Positions 52,627 to 62,157 of a stretch of DNA of 64,000 nt are shown one piece after another (the first letter of the stretch is position 1; each line of letters opens with the position of its first letter). The stretch is taken from positions 3,552,001 through 3,616,000 of the forward strand of contig JASGHG010000001.1 of the NCBI GenBank assembly GCA_047602425.1, in the 5' to 3' direction. Source of the DNA: Nibricoccus sp. (GTDB lineage Bacteria; Verrucomicrobiota; Verrucomicrobiia; Opitutales; Opitutaceae). Position numbers and translations under genes: made by a program. The notes below the pieces were generated by a model. That model had not been told where the DNA came from, ran no database searches, and was given only the letters and a program-made list of their open reading frames with translations.

Positions 52627-54537
52627 ATGGACGATTCAGCTCCCACCGAAAATCCTTCCAAGGATTTCAACAAACTCGACCTCACTCAACTTCAGGGCTT
52701 CAGCTTCGGCACCCAGTGGTCGCAGGACAAAGCCCCTGCCCGTGAAGGTCGCAATGATGACCGCCCTCGCCGTGACGACGATCGTCGTCGTGACAATGGC
52801 GGCCCCGGTGGCGACACCAAGCGTGACCGCCGTGGTTTCCGCAAGCCCGCCGGTCCCACAACCGACGACACCGCACCAAAGCCAGTCGACGGTGAGGCGC
52901 CTCGCAGCGAATTTCGCGGCGGTCCTCGTCGTGAAGGCGGTGGCCCCCGTGGTAACTTCCGTGGTGGCCCGCGTCGCGAAGGTGGCCCAGGTGGTCGTGG
53001 CGAACCTCGGGGCGATTTCCGCGGCGGTCCTCGTTCCGGTCCGCGCGAAGGTGGTTTTCAAGAACGCGATCGCGGTCCCTACATCAGCCCATTTTTCAAC
53101 GTTACGTTTTATCCCGAGGATGTCGGTTTTTCCGCGCTCGCAAAAGCCATTCGCACCTCCTGCCGCACGTACGAGCTTTTCGAAATCGCTCGTGTGATTA
53201 TTGGCAAAAACGACCGCTTCGTCGCCGTTATCCAGCGTAAATCTCCTGCTGAAACCGAAGCCGCTTCCGCGCAGACCAACCCCAACGCGGAGACTCCTGA
53301 AGTCGCCGCGATTCCGGTGGTCAAATCCGCGCCGATGGCGATTTCGATTCCAGACGGCGTGCCCTTTGAAAACGAAGAAGCCGCCATCGCCCACGTGATC
53401 GGCACGCACCTCGGTACGTTCTTCGACGCCGCGGAAGTCGAAGTCGACGCGCCCAAGGGCAATTTCCAAGTCATCAATAAGTGCACGATCACTGGCGAAC
53501 TTCTCGGGCCGCCGAATTACCATCGTTACAATCAGATCGTGCAGCAGCATCATGCGAACCGTGTCACGCGCATGTCGTTCGATGCCTTTCGCGCCCGCAT
53601 CGAAACCGTCCGCGATCCGGAAATCGTCAATCAGTGGCTGGCCAAAATGAAGAAGGCCACGCGTTATACTTGGAAACTCGCGCCTGCCGGCGAAACCGCC
53701 CCGGCCTTCGACACGCTCGAAGAGGCACGGATGTACCTGCTCACTCATTCCAAGGAAAAGGTCGTCAAGCTCGTCGAAAACGCGCGCTTCCACGGCAAAC
53801 TCCTCGAACAGCTTCCCCAAGGCGAAATCCGCCGCGCTCTCGAAGGCGCTTTGGAGCGTCAACGTCGTTTCCCGCTGGATACGGCCAACGCTCTCCGCGG
53901 TCGCCTGCGTCGCGAAGGTTTCACCATCTTCAAGAAGGGCTCGAAGGGCATTTCATATGTCTGCGCCGTAAAGCGCAAATTCCGTGTACCCGGCCAGACC
54001 TTCTCCGACACGATTGGAGCACTGATCTCGTTCATCGAGGCGACTCCGATGATCAAGGCGAGCGAGCTTCCACTGAAATTCCTTGGCATCAAACCGCCGG
54101 AAGCTCCCCCAGCCACGCCTGCGACCGAAGCCGGAACCGTTCCCCCGATCCAAACCAGCGGCACGCTTCCGCCTATCACGCCTGAAGCCGCCACCGCACT
54201 CACCGCCGAGGATCAGTCGAAGCTGACCCGCCTCAACGGCGACCTCCGCTGGCTCGTGACCGAAGGTTATGTAACCGAGTTTATCGACGGCCGCCTCTTT
54301 GCTGCGCCGCCGATGACCGAAGCCCGCAAGCAGGAAGTGGAAAAGGACGAACACGATCCCGAGAACTTCCCGGAAGCTCCGCAGACGACTCCGCCGATCC
54401 AGACCGCAGCCGCGAGCGAAGCCGCTCCGACCGCTGAAACGGTGGCCCCGGTCGAAGGCGAGACGCCTGCGGCCGAGGAAGCCGCTCCCGAGACGCCGGT
54501 TGCAGAATCAACCGAAACTACGTCCAAGACGGAATAA
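52627..54537 (+). CDS. Hypothetical protein with RGG-rich disordered N-terminus and acidic tail
   Basis: Long ORF rich in CGT/GGT/TTC codons, FRGGPR repeats, terminator downstream. Confidence 0.8.
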   Translation: MDDSAPTENPSKDFNKLDLTQLQGFSFGTQWSQDKAPAREGRNDDRPRRDDDRRRDNGGPGGDTKRDRRGFRKPAGPTTDDTAPKPVDGEAPRSEFRGGPRREGGGPRGNFRGGPRREGGPGGRGEPRGDFRGGPRSGPREGGFQERDRGPYISPFFNVTFYPEDVGFSALAKAIRTSCRTYELFEIARVIIGKNDRFVAVIQRKSPAETEAASAQTNPNAETPEVAAIPVVKSAPMAISIPDGVPFENEEAAIAHVIGTHLGTFFDAAEVEVDAPKGNFQVINKCTITGELLGPPNYHRYNQIVQQHHANRVTRMSFDAFRARIETVRDPEIVNQWLAKMKKATRYTWKLAPAGETAPAFDTLEEARMYLLTHSKEKVVKLVENARFHGKLLEQLPQGEIRRALEGALERQRRFPLDTANALRGRLRREGFTIFKKGSKGISYVCAVKRKFRVPGQTFSDTIGALISFIEATPMIKASELPLKFLGIKPPEAPPATPATEAGTVPPIQTSGTLPPITPEAATALTAEDQSKLTRLNGDLRWLVTEGYVTEFIDGRLFAAPPMTEARKQEVEKDEHDPENFPEAPQTTPPIQTAAASEAAPTAETVAPVEGETPAAEEAAPETPVAESTETTSKTE

Positions 54538-54566
54538 GCGTCATCACGACCAGCCCGAAATTTCCA

Positions 54567-54598
54567 AACGGCGGCCCAAAACGGCCGCCGTTTTTTTT
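54567..54598 (+). terminator. Intrinsic terminator
   Basis: AAACGGCGGCC-CAAAAC-GGCCGCCG followed by TTTTTTTT. Confidence 0.85.
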
Positions 54599-54705
54599 GT
54601 GCCAGCGAGGCACCTGCGGGGCATTCGTCGCACGCCTCGTTTTTTGCCTTGGAACAAGTGGTTCGGATGGATGACGGTGGAGGGCGCTGTGACCTCATCT
54701 CTGCC

Positions 54706-55056
54706 GTGAAAAAGACCAACGTCGTTCGCACTTACTATATTCTCCCTTGCTGCCTGTTGCTTCTCAATATTTGCAACAGCCTCGTTTCCTACAAAGCCGA
54801 CATGATTGGCAACCCGATCATACGCGTGTTTGTGATCATTTTCTTGGTCCTTGTGGGTAGTTCGCTGGTGGCCTATTTCGTCTCGCCGGCAATCGAAGGC
54901 GTGGTGCGTTCGCTTTACAAGAGCAGCGAAAAAAGCGCGGGCGGAGTGGGGCAGACCGTTTTCCTCGCAGGGCTGGGTATCCTGGTGTTTTTTCTCTACT
55001 ACCAGCTCTACATTCATGGCCCGGCGTCGCTGTTGCCCGCGGCTCTGAGGAACTAA
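54706..55056 (+). CDS. Hypothetical small membrane protein (about 3 TM)
   Basis: Hydrophobic ORF; GTG start assumed. Confidence 0.6.
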   Translation: MKKTNVVRTYYILPCCLLLLNICNSLVSYKADMIGNPIIRVFVIIFLVLVGSSLVAYFVSPAIEGVVRSLYKSSEKSAGGVGQTVFLAGLGILVFFLYYQLYIHGPASLLPAALRN

Positions 55057-55067
55057 ACGGGCAAGAA

Positions 55068-55143
55068 TTTCACAGGAGGCAACGAAGGAAACAGAGAAAC
55101 CTTTGCGGGCGCTCTCCGTTCACTCTGTTTCCTTCTGTGAAAA
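55068..55143. repeat. 9-nt-unit inverted repeat (TTTCACAGGAGGCAACGAAGGAAACAGAG ... CTCTGTTTCCTTCTGTGAAA)
   Basis: Lies between convergent genes and supplies the last codons of gluQ. Confidence 0.7.
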
Positions 55144-55992
55144 GGATCGAGTGATTGATTCGGACGTTTTTCCAGACTCGCGCAATTTGCGCAGGCTGAG
55201 GGCATCATGGCGTTTGGCAAGGCGGACGCCGTTTTCGTCGTTCATCAACGGGCAATGGAAAAATTTTGGCGCGACATGCCCCAGCGCGCGATAGAGCAGG
55301 AGTTGGCGGAAAGTGGAAAGAATCAGGTCTGCGCCGCGCACGACTTCGGTGATTTGCATCGCGGCATCGTCCACGACGCAGGCGAGTTGGTAGCTGGGGG
55401 TGTCGTCTTTGCGCCAGACCAGAAAATCGCCAAAGTCCCGGCCGACGATCGCATATTGGCGGCCGAAATATCCATCGTCGAAGGCAAGCGTTTCTCCATC
55501 GGGCACGCGCAGCCGCCAGTTGGTATTGATCACGTCACCCAACGGTGGCAGTGGTGTGTCGGCGGGTGGACGGAATTGTGGTGGATAAATGGGTTCGTCG
55601 AGCTCTCGTCCCGCTTCATGCGGAGCGCGCGCGGCGTCGAGAACGTCGCGACGTGAGCGCGTGCAGGGGAAAATCAGGCCGGCGGCATGAAGCTTTTCGA
55701 GCGCGGCGCGATAGATGGGACGGCGCTCACTCTGGTTGTATGGCCCGTGCGGACCGCCGATGTCGGGGCCTTCTTCCCAGCGAAAACCGAGCCAATGCAA
55801 GTCGTCGATCATCGAGGCGACGAAATCGAGTCGGAAGCGTTGGGCATCCAAATCTTCGTTGCGCAGGACGAGTGTTCCATCGGCCTTTCGGGCGCGTTCG
55901 GCGGCGAACCAAAACGTACGTGCGTGCCCTAGATGCAAATGCCCGGTGGGCGAAGGCGCGAGACGGCCGCGATAGTTGGAGGAGGTTGCCAC
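55120..55992 (-). CDS. gluQ: Glutamyl-Q tRNA(Asp) synthetase
   Basis: GRLAPSPTGHLHLGH, YQLACVVDD, VVRGADL, RLAKRH; no anticodon-binding domain. Confidence 0.9.
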   Translation of the reverse strand: MATSSNYRGRLAPSPTGHLHLGHARTFWFAAERARKADGTLVLRNEDLDAQRFRLDFVASMIDDLHWLGFRWEEGPDIGGPHGPYNQSERRPIYRAALEKLHAAGLIFPCTRSRRDVLDAARAPHEAGRELDEPIYPPQFRPPADTPLPPLGDVINTNWRLRVPDGETLAFDDGYFGRQYAIVGRDFGDFLVWRKDDTPSYQLACVVDDAAMQITEVVRGADLILSTFRQLLLYRALGHVAPKFFHCPLMNDENGVRLAKRHDALSLRKLRESGKTSESITRSFSQKETE

Positions 55993-56004
55993 GTTTTTTT
56001 TGGA

Positions 56005-56107
56005 AACCGCGAATGAACGCGAATGAACGCGAAAATCCAAACCAGAAAGATTCGCCGGAGTGTGGAGTTTTCTCAAAATTAGCGTGAATTCGCGTCCATT
56101 CGCGGTT
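56005..56107. repeat. 10-nt-unit inverted repeat (AACCGCGAATGAACGCGAATGAACGCGAA ... TTAGCGTGAATTCGCGTCCATTCGCGGTT)
   Basis: 29-bp arms, largely complementary. Confidence 0.8.
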
Positions 56108-56118
56108 CAAAATTCCGC

Positions 56119-56697
56119 ATGCAGAAATCGCTCTGTGTTTACTGTGCTTCCAGCGACCGGCTTGATCCGAAATACGCGGCTGCGGCTACGCTGCTCGGTC
56201 AGGAAATGGCCAAGCGTGGCTGGGGTCTCGTTTACGGCGGTGGCAAGGTCGGTCTCATGGGCGCGGTGGCAAAAGCCGTTAAGGCATCGGACGGGCGCGT
56301 CGTGGGTGTGATACCGGAGTTTATGAAGGCCAAGGAACTCGCCTACGACGAAGCCGACGAAATGCATACGGTCGTGACGATGCGCGAGCGGAAGCTGCTG
56401 ATGGAGACGAAGGCCGACGCGTTTGTGACTCTGCCGGGTGGTTGGGGTACGTTGGAGGAGATTATGGAAATCCTCACGTTGCGCCAGCTCGACGTGCTGC
56501 GGAAGCCGGTCGTGATTTTTAATCAGGACGGTTTTTACGATGATCTACTAAAATTTTTTAACCGCATGATCGTCGAGAAATTCAACAAACCGTCGAACTT
56601 GGAGCTCTTCACGGTAGCAAGAACGGTGGACGAAATTTTTAAACAACTCGAAGTCGGTGCGGTGACAGCCGAAACGAAATGGTTTGTGACAACTTGA
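56119..56697 (+). CDS. LOG-family (TIGR00730) nucleotide phosphoribohydrolase
   Basis: LVYGGGKVGLMG, MRERK, LPGGWGTLEE. Confidence 0.92.
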   Translation: MQKSLCVYCASSDRLDPKYAAAATLLGQEMAKRGWGLVYGGGKVGLMGAVAKAVKASDGRVVGVIPEFMKAKELAYDEADEMHTVVTMRERKLLMETKADAFVTLPGGWGTLEEIMEILTLRQLDVLRKPVVIFNQDGFYDDLLKFFNRMIVEKFNKPSNLELFTVARTVDEIFKQLEVGAVTAETKWFVTT

Positions 56698-56713
56698 AGT
56701 TTTTCCAACCACG

Positions 56714-56848
56714 GCCACAGAGTGCACAGAGCTCGGACACAGAGGGCACAGAGACCGCAAACACTGCCGTGTCCCTTCACCATCGAGACATTACTTTGTG
56801 CGGTTTTTTTTCGTGAACTCTGTGTCCGAGCTTTGTGTTCTCTTTGGC
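56714..56848. repeat. CACAGAG-unit inverted repeat
   Basis: Contains a perfect 15-bp pair AGCTCGGACACAGAG / CTCTGTGTCCGAGCT. Confidence 0.8.
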
Positions 56849-56864
56849 TAACTCCGAAAATTAT

Positions 56865-57419
56865 ATGAATGACCCTCGTGAACTTGTCCTGAAACTGCTG
56901 CGTGCCCATGCGACTAAACCGCTCGATGCCCACGAGGCGACGATGGCAGCGGATATGATTCGTTTCGTCGAGGAGCATCCCAACTGTGCGGAACGTTCGC
57001 TTCAAGTGGGTCATTTGACCGGTTCGGCTTGGATCGTGGATCGGGAACGCAAACGGACGTTGCTTACACATCACCGGAAATTGAATAAATGGCTTCAGCT
57101 CGGCGGCCACGCCGACGGGGAACTCAATCCGTTGGAGGTGGCGCTGCGTGAGGCGCGGGAGGAATCCGGACTCACGAAATTGCGTGTGATTTCAGAGGGA
57201 ATTTTCGATGTTGATCGTCACCTGATTCCCGCCCGCAAAACCGATCCCGATCACTTCCACTACGACATCCGTTTCATGATCGAGGCCGATTGCGAGGAGC
57301 CTTTGCTCATCTCGGACGAATCGCACGACCTGGCGTGGATCGAGATCGCTCGCATGGCCGATTACAATGCCGAGGAGTCAATGCTCCGCATGGCGCGGAA
57401 GACGCTGCAGCAAAATTGA
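56865..57419 (+). CDS. NUDIX hydrolase
   Basis: GHLTGSAW, HRKLNKWLQLGGHADG...ALREAREESGL, HYDIRF. Confidence 0.92.
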   Translation: MNDPRELVLKLLRAHATKPLDAHEATMAADMIRFVEEHPNCAERSLQVGHLTGSAWIVDRERKRTLLTHHRKLNKWLQLGGHADGELNPLEVALREAREESGLTKLRVISEGIFDVDRHLIPARKTDPDHFHYDIRFMIEADCEEPLLISDESHDLAWIEIARMADYNAEESMLRMARKTLQQN

Positions 57420-57468
57420 AACGCTGCGCTGGTCGCGATATCATTGCGACGCCTCGGAGTGGCGCCGA

Positions 57469-57951
57469 TCAATCAGCGAATAACAGCGGCTGGTTCTTTT
57501 TCGCCACGTAGAGCGGATGCTTCGGTTGGCCGCTGGCGTTGCGTTCGAGGCAGAAAGTTTTGCGGCGATCGAGCAGAGCTAGCACTTGCTCATGGCGACC
57601 GAGGTGGGCTCCGTGTTCGCCCCAGCCAATCATCACGCGGTCGACTTTATCGCTCCAGTGCTTGATCCACTTATCATTGTCGGGACCGATTGGATCGGCA
57701 GAGGCCTTCATGTGGGCAGGATCGGTCGCGCGCCAGGCGAAGGCATTGAGCATGACGAAAAACGAGTAACCCCAGGTGGCGGAAAAATCGCGGATGCGGC
57801 GCAACGTAGGGTCGAGTTGATGTTCGTCGGCCGTGCTGGGATTGAGGCAAATCCACGCGATGCCATGGTTGGGATTTAGCATTTCGTCCCAGCGATGGAT
57901 TAGGGTGTAGCGATGAAGGCGATCAGCGGAAAAAACGCACTCGTTAGGCAT
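57469..57951 (-). CDS. DUF1643 domain protein
   Basis: RYTL, LNPSTAD...DPTLRR, NAFAWRATDP, PKHPLY. Confidence 0.88.
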   Translation of the reverse strand: MPNECVFSADRLHRYTLIHRWDEMLNPNHGIAWICLNPSTADEHQLDPTLRRIRDFSATWGYSFFVMLNAFAWRATDPAHMKASADPIGPDNDKWIKHWSDKVDRVMIGWGEHGAHLGRHEQVLALLDRRKTFCLERNASGQPKHPLYVAKKNQPLLFAD

Positions 57952-58052
57952 GGTGGCAGCCTGATAAAAACAACCGTGCGGTCGGTTACAATCTTCCCTT
58001 CGCGGCGCCTGAGGGCGGTCGCGTTTTTAACGCAGTATGTCGCGTTGCTCGT

Positions 58053-58232
58053 TCACGCTTTGGCGTCGAGCAGTTTGCCAACCTTGGCGGAGTCCGGGAT
58101 GTCAGAGGAGGGCATGGCTGATTCGATCAGCTGCAATACCTGACCCTGTTCGGCGTTGATGGCCTTCTTGAACAACAACGCCTGCTGGATCTCAGTCGCC
58201 TGGGCGGCAGAAGATGTGGAAGAGATTTCCAT
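58053..58232 (-). CDS. Small YjfB-like protein
   Basis: LFKKAINAEQ...LQLIES...GKLLDAKA pattern. Confidence 0.55.
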   Translation of the reverse strand: MEISSTSSAAQATEIQQALLFKKAINAEQGQVLQLIESAMPSSDIPDSAKVGKLLDAKA

Positions 58233-58280
58233 GTGCAAGAGGTTAGCACTAAGCTACAGGGGCGCCATGGGGGAGTTTCC

Positions 58281-59351
58281 TCATTTTGTGGCGTTGGAAA
58301 TCCCTGCCGCGTTTTGGCGCTCGCGCAATTGTCCACAGGCGGCGTCGATGTCCCGGCCGCGTGGTCGCCGGAAGTGGGTCACCACGCCATGGTTACGGAG
58401 AATGGTTACAAAATTATCGGCGATTTCACGCTCGGTCGGTTCGTAACTGATGCCCCGCAAGCCGACGCCGGTCGGATTGTAGTGCAACAAGTTTACGTGC
58501 ATCCGTCGTCCGGTTAGCAACGCCGCGAGCTGGTGTGCTTGCTCGGGCGAATCGTTCACACCCTTGAGCAGGCAATACTGGATCGAAAGCGGGTGGCCGG
58601 TGCTGGTTTGGAAGCGATCCGCGGCGGCGAGCACATCGTCGATGCCGAACCTTTTGCCTGCGGGAATAAGTTTTTCGCGCGTCGTGTCATCGGGCGCATG
58701 CAGCGACAGCGCGAGGTTCACATTCAAGTCGGCGGCCCTCAGCGCGTCGATGCCGGGCACGATGCCGACGGTCGAAACCGTCACCTGACGCCAGCCGAGC
58801 GAACCGAGGTCGTTGCTGGCGAGGCGGCGGATCGCGGCGATGACGTTGTCCAGGTTGAGCATCGGTTCGCCCATGCCCATGAAAACGACCGTTTGCAGCT
58901 TACGCCCTGAGGCGAGCGCTTCGCGACGCAGGGCGAGAAATTGCTCAACCATTTCACCGGCGGTAAGATTGCGCTCAAAGCCCGTTTTTGTTGTCGCACA
59001 AAAATCGCAGCCCATCGCACAACCGACCTGCGAGGAGATACAGCCCGCGGCACGATCGTCGCGGTAGTCAGGCATCAAGACCGACTCGACCGTGCGGCCG
59101 TCGTCGAGGCGAAGCAGGAGTTTAATTGTGCCGTCCTCAGCTTGCTGACGCGCTGCGAGGCTGGTGAGTTGACGCGCTTCGGTGGCGATTTTTTTGCGAA
59201 GCGCGAGCGGGGCGCGCAATCCGTCCCAGGAAATTTCGCCGCCACCCGCATAGAAGGCGCGCAGAAGCGGCCCGGCGTGCGAGGGCTTGAAGCCCCACGC
59301 GGTGAGTTGGGCCTGAAACGAAGCGAGATCGTAGTCTGCGAGTGCGAACAC
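58281..59351 (-). CDS. rlmN: RlmN/Cfr-family radical SAM RNA methyltransferase
   Basis: VESVLM, CISSQVGCAMGCDFC, MGMGEP, SLHA, DIDAACGQL; GTG start assumed. Confidence 0.85.
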   Translation of the reverse strand: MFALADYDLASFQAQLTAWGFKPSHAGPLLRAFYAGGGEISWDGLRAPLALRKKIATEARQLTSLAARQQAEDGTIKLLLRLDDGRTVESVLMPDYRDDRAAGCISSQVGCAMGCDFCATTKTGFERNLTAGEMVEQFLALRREALASGRKLQTVVFMGMGEPMLNLDNVIAAIRRLASNDLGSLGWRQVTVSTVGIVPGIDALRAADLNVNLALSLHAPDDTTREKLIPAGKRFGIDDVLAAADRFQTSTGHPLSIQYCLLKGVNDSPEQAHQLAALLTGRRMHVNLLHYNPTGVGLRGISYEPTEREIADNFVTILRNHGVVTHFRRPRGRDIDAACGQLRERQNAAGISNATK

Positions 59352-59480
59352 GCAGGAGATCAACGCAACGTTTCGGCGCGTTGCCAAGTCGGAGCTGTGC
59401 GATGCGTTCTTTTTGACTGTCCCGTAAAAGCGCGGAAAATTCAGATAGCTTCCGAGGACGCCTCGACGCATTTCATTTCC

Positions 59481-61457
59481 ATGTGCTTAAAAATACCCCG
59501 TTTCAGCTGCCGCTGGTTTGTTGTGATGATTTTTCCCCTACTGGCGCTTCAGCTCGTTGCTGGCAAAACGCTGGGCGGGCTTCGCAGTCCAAATCAACGG
59601 CTGCACGTTATTTTCGAACTCAATGCCGCTGGCGAACCGGGATATTCCGCGACACTCGATGACAAACCTATACTACAATCCTCCAAGCTTGGCGTCGTGC
59701 GCGACGACGCGGATTTTACCAAAGGCTTGAAAATTCTTTCGTGCGGCAAGATCGAGTCGGTGACGGATCAGTACGAAATCCTCACGACCAAACGCCGCGT
59801 GAACACCTACGCCGCCAATCGTCAAGTGTTTCATCTCACTGCGGCGGGTGGTCAGCCGATAGATATCATCTTTCAGGTGTCGGACGACGGTTTTGCATTC
59901 CGCTACTTTTTCCCGGAGGACCCAAAATCGTCCGGCGTTCGCAAGCTGAGCGAAGAGCATTCGTCATTTCATTTTCTACCTGGAACGAAGGCCTGGCTCC
60001 AACCGATGTCTGTCGCCAAAACCGGCTGGAAACGCACGAATCCATCCTACGAGGAATATTATCAAAAAGGAATTGATGTCGGCACGACATCGACACTCGG
60101 CGCCGGCTGGGTTTATCCTGCGCTTTTCCGCTCCGGGGAAACATGGCTGCTGGTGAGCGAGAGTTCGTTGCCACGCAATTATTGCGGCACGCGTCTGCGG
60201 CATGAATCGCCGGGCGGCGAATATTTTGTGGGGTTTCCTGATTCCCGAGAGGTTTTCCAGAATGGTCCCTGCAATCCCGAATCGAAACTGCCATGGCTTA
60301 CCCCTTGGCGCTTGGTGGTGGTTGGAGACTTGCGCACGATTGTCGAATCCACACTCGGCGTTGATCTGGCCGACAAACCTGCGCAAGAGACCGTCGTCGT
60401 CCCGCGCCCGGGCAAGGCTTCGTGGAGCTGGCCGCTGTTGGGCGACAGTCAGACGGTGTATGAGGTGCAGAAGAAGTTCGTCGATTACGCGGCCGAGATG
60501 AAGTGGCGGTATTGCCTCATTGATGCGGAATGGGACAATCAAATTGGCGACGAAAAAATGAAAACGTTAGTCGATTATGCGTGCACAAAAAACGTCGCGA
60601 TTTTGCTTTGGTATAATTCCAACGGCGACTGGAATGACGCGCCGCAAACGCCACGCCATCGCTTGCTCACCCGCGAGCTTCGCATGGCGGAATTCGAAAA
60701 GTTGAAGGCCATGGGCGTGGCGGGTTTGAAGATCGATTTCTTCGGCGGCGACGGTCAGTCGATGATCGGGTATTACCATGACATTTTGCAGGACGCTGTG
60801 CCCTACGGTTTCATGATCAACTTCCATGGCGCCACGTTACCGCGAGGCTGGCAGCGCGCTTACCCGAACCTCATGACAATGGAAGCAATCAAGGGTTTGG
60901 AGTTTATCACCTTCGATCAGAAAAACGCCGACGAGGAGCCCGCGCATGCGACGATGTTGCCTTTTACGCGCAATGTTTTCGACCCGATGGATTTCACGCC
61001 AATGGTGCTGGATCGCATCAGCGATCGTATTCATCGCCGCACTACGGCGGCGTTCGAACTCGCGCTTGCTGTCGTGTTTACCTCGGGTATTCAACACTAC
61101 GCGGAAATTCCCTCTGGCATGGCCAAGGCGCCGGAATATGTCAGAGAATTTTTGAAAACAGTGCCGGAAGTTTGGGACGACGTGCGTTTCATCGATGGTT
61201 TTCCGGGAAAATTCGCCGTCCTGGCCAGAAAAGGCGATGGACGATGGTTCGTCGCCGGTATCAATGGCGAGCCGGATAAAAAGGAGCTGACGCTCGACCT
61301 AAACCGCCTGAATGCAGCAGGCGTGAAGGGCACCTTGATTGCGGAAGGGGTGGGCAACGACCTGTGCCTGAGAAAAGAGGAGGTTCAGCTGGGTTTGGAC
61401 AGAAAAATCAAAATCACACTCATGCCCAACGGTGGTTTCGTACTGTTGTTAGAATGA
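59481..61457 (+). CDS. Glycoside hydrolase family 97
   Basis: DDGFAFRY, SYEEYY, TPWR, PGKASWSW, GLKIDFF, NFHG...GWQRAYPN, PMDFTP. Confidence 0.92.
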   Translation: MCLKIPRFSCRWFVVMIFPLLALQLVAGKTLGGLRSPNQRLHVIFELNAAGEPGYSATLDDKPILQSSKLGVVRDDADFTKGLKILSCGKIESVTDQYEILTTKRRVNTYAANRQVFHLTAAGGQPIDIIFQVSDDGFAFRYFFPEDPKSSGVRKLSEEHSSFHFLPGTKAWLQPMSVAKTGWKRTNPSYEEYYQKGIDVGTTSTLGAGWVYPALFRSGETWLLVSESSLPRNYCGTRLRHESPGGEYFVGFPDSREVFQNGPCNPESKLPWLTPWRLVVVGDLRTIVESTLGVDLADKPAQETVVVPRPGKASWSWPLLGDSQTVYEVQKKFVDYAAEMKWRYCLIDAEWDNQIGDEKMKTLVDYACTKNVAILLWYNSNGDWNDAPQTPRHRLLTRELRMAEFEKLKAMGVAGLKIDFFGGDGQSMIGYYHDILQDAVPYGFMINFHGATLPRGWQRAYPNLMTMEAIKGLEFITFDQKNADEEPAHATMLPFTRNVFDPMDFTPMVLDRISDRIHRRTTAAFELALAVVFTSGIQHYAEIPSGMAKAPEYVREFLKTVPEVWDDVRFIDGFPGKFAVLARKGDGRWFVAGINGEPDKKELTLDLNRLNAAGVKGTLIAEGVGNDLCLRKEEVQLGLDRKIKITLMPNGGFVLLLE

Positions 61458-61527
61458 GAATTGAGCCCGACCGTAAGGCGCACCGGAGCAAACGGATGTC
61501 GAGACACGTCGGTTTTCCACCGAAAAA

Positions 61528-61968
61528 TTACGGTTTCGCCGCTGCTGTTTCGGCTTTTTGTTTTTCGCGATTTGCCTCGGCCACCTTTTTCAAATCGTAC
61601 GCCGGATAGCATTCGGTGCGGAAAATTTTCCAAGCTGCGCGCTCCATCGCGAGATTGACCTCGCGCAAACGCGCTGGCGGCACGCGCAAAGTCACCGCGT
61701 GACCAAGGCCCATGACGACGTACCATGATTCGACTTGGATACCCTCTGGCGGAAACTCGGCCCAGAATTTTTGGTCCTTCATCAGCTGTTGGATCTCGGT
61801 GAGATTGCGCGATTCATCCTGCCGAAGGATGAAGTGGACAAGCACGTAGTCGGACTGAGTGCTGCCAACTGTGGCACTAGATGAAACTTGGGTGGTGGCG
61901 GTGGGTTCGGCCGAGTAGGCCGACGAAGCAATCAGGAGGGCGAATAAAGTAAGCAGGAGAGGTTTCAT
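61528..61968 (-). CDS. Hypothetical secreted protein
   Basis: Signal peptide; FWAEFPPEG...SWYVVMGLG; start MKPLLL. Confidence 0.7.
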   Translation of the reverse strand: MKPLLLTLFALLIASSAYSAEPTATTQVSSSATVGSTQSDYVLVHFILRQDESRNLTEIQQLMKDQKFWAEFPPEGIQVESWYVVMGLGHAVTLRVPPARLREVNLAMERAAWKIFRTECYPAYDLKKVAEANREKQKAETAAAKP

Positions 61969-62157
61969 GCCAGACAACCATGTGCTGCCGTTTTCTCCCG
62001 TCAAATGAGTCGCCCGCTTTGCCCGGTTCAGCCAAAACTTACATGGCCGCGGTTTTAGCGGTGGCAAACGGTGTGGAACGTATTACGTGACACGTTTACC
62101 GCAGCCGCACAGGTAAAGGGCAGGATGTACCGAAGCCAATTATCCGAGGAAGGGAAC

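Noticed and set aside
58281..59351. Cfr-type antibiotic resistance methyltransferase
   Set aside because: Motifs fit the general RlmN family and there is no mobile context; Cfr cannot be claimed without phylogeny.
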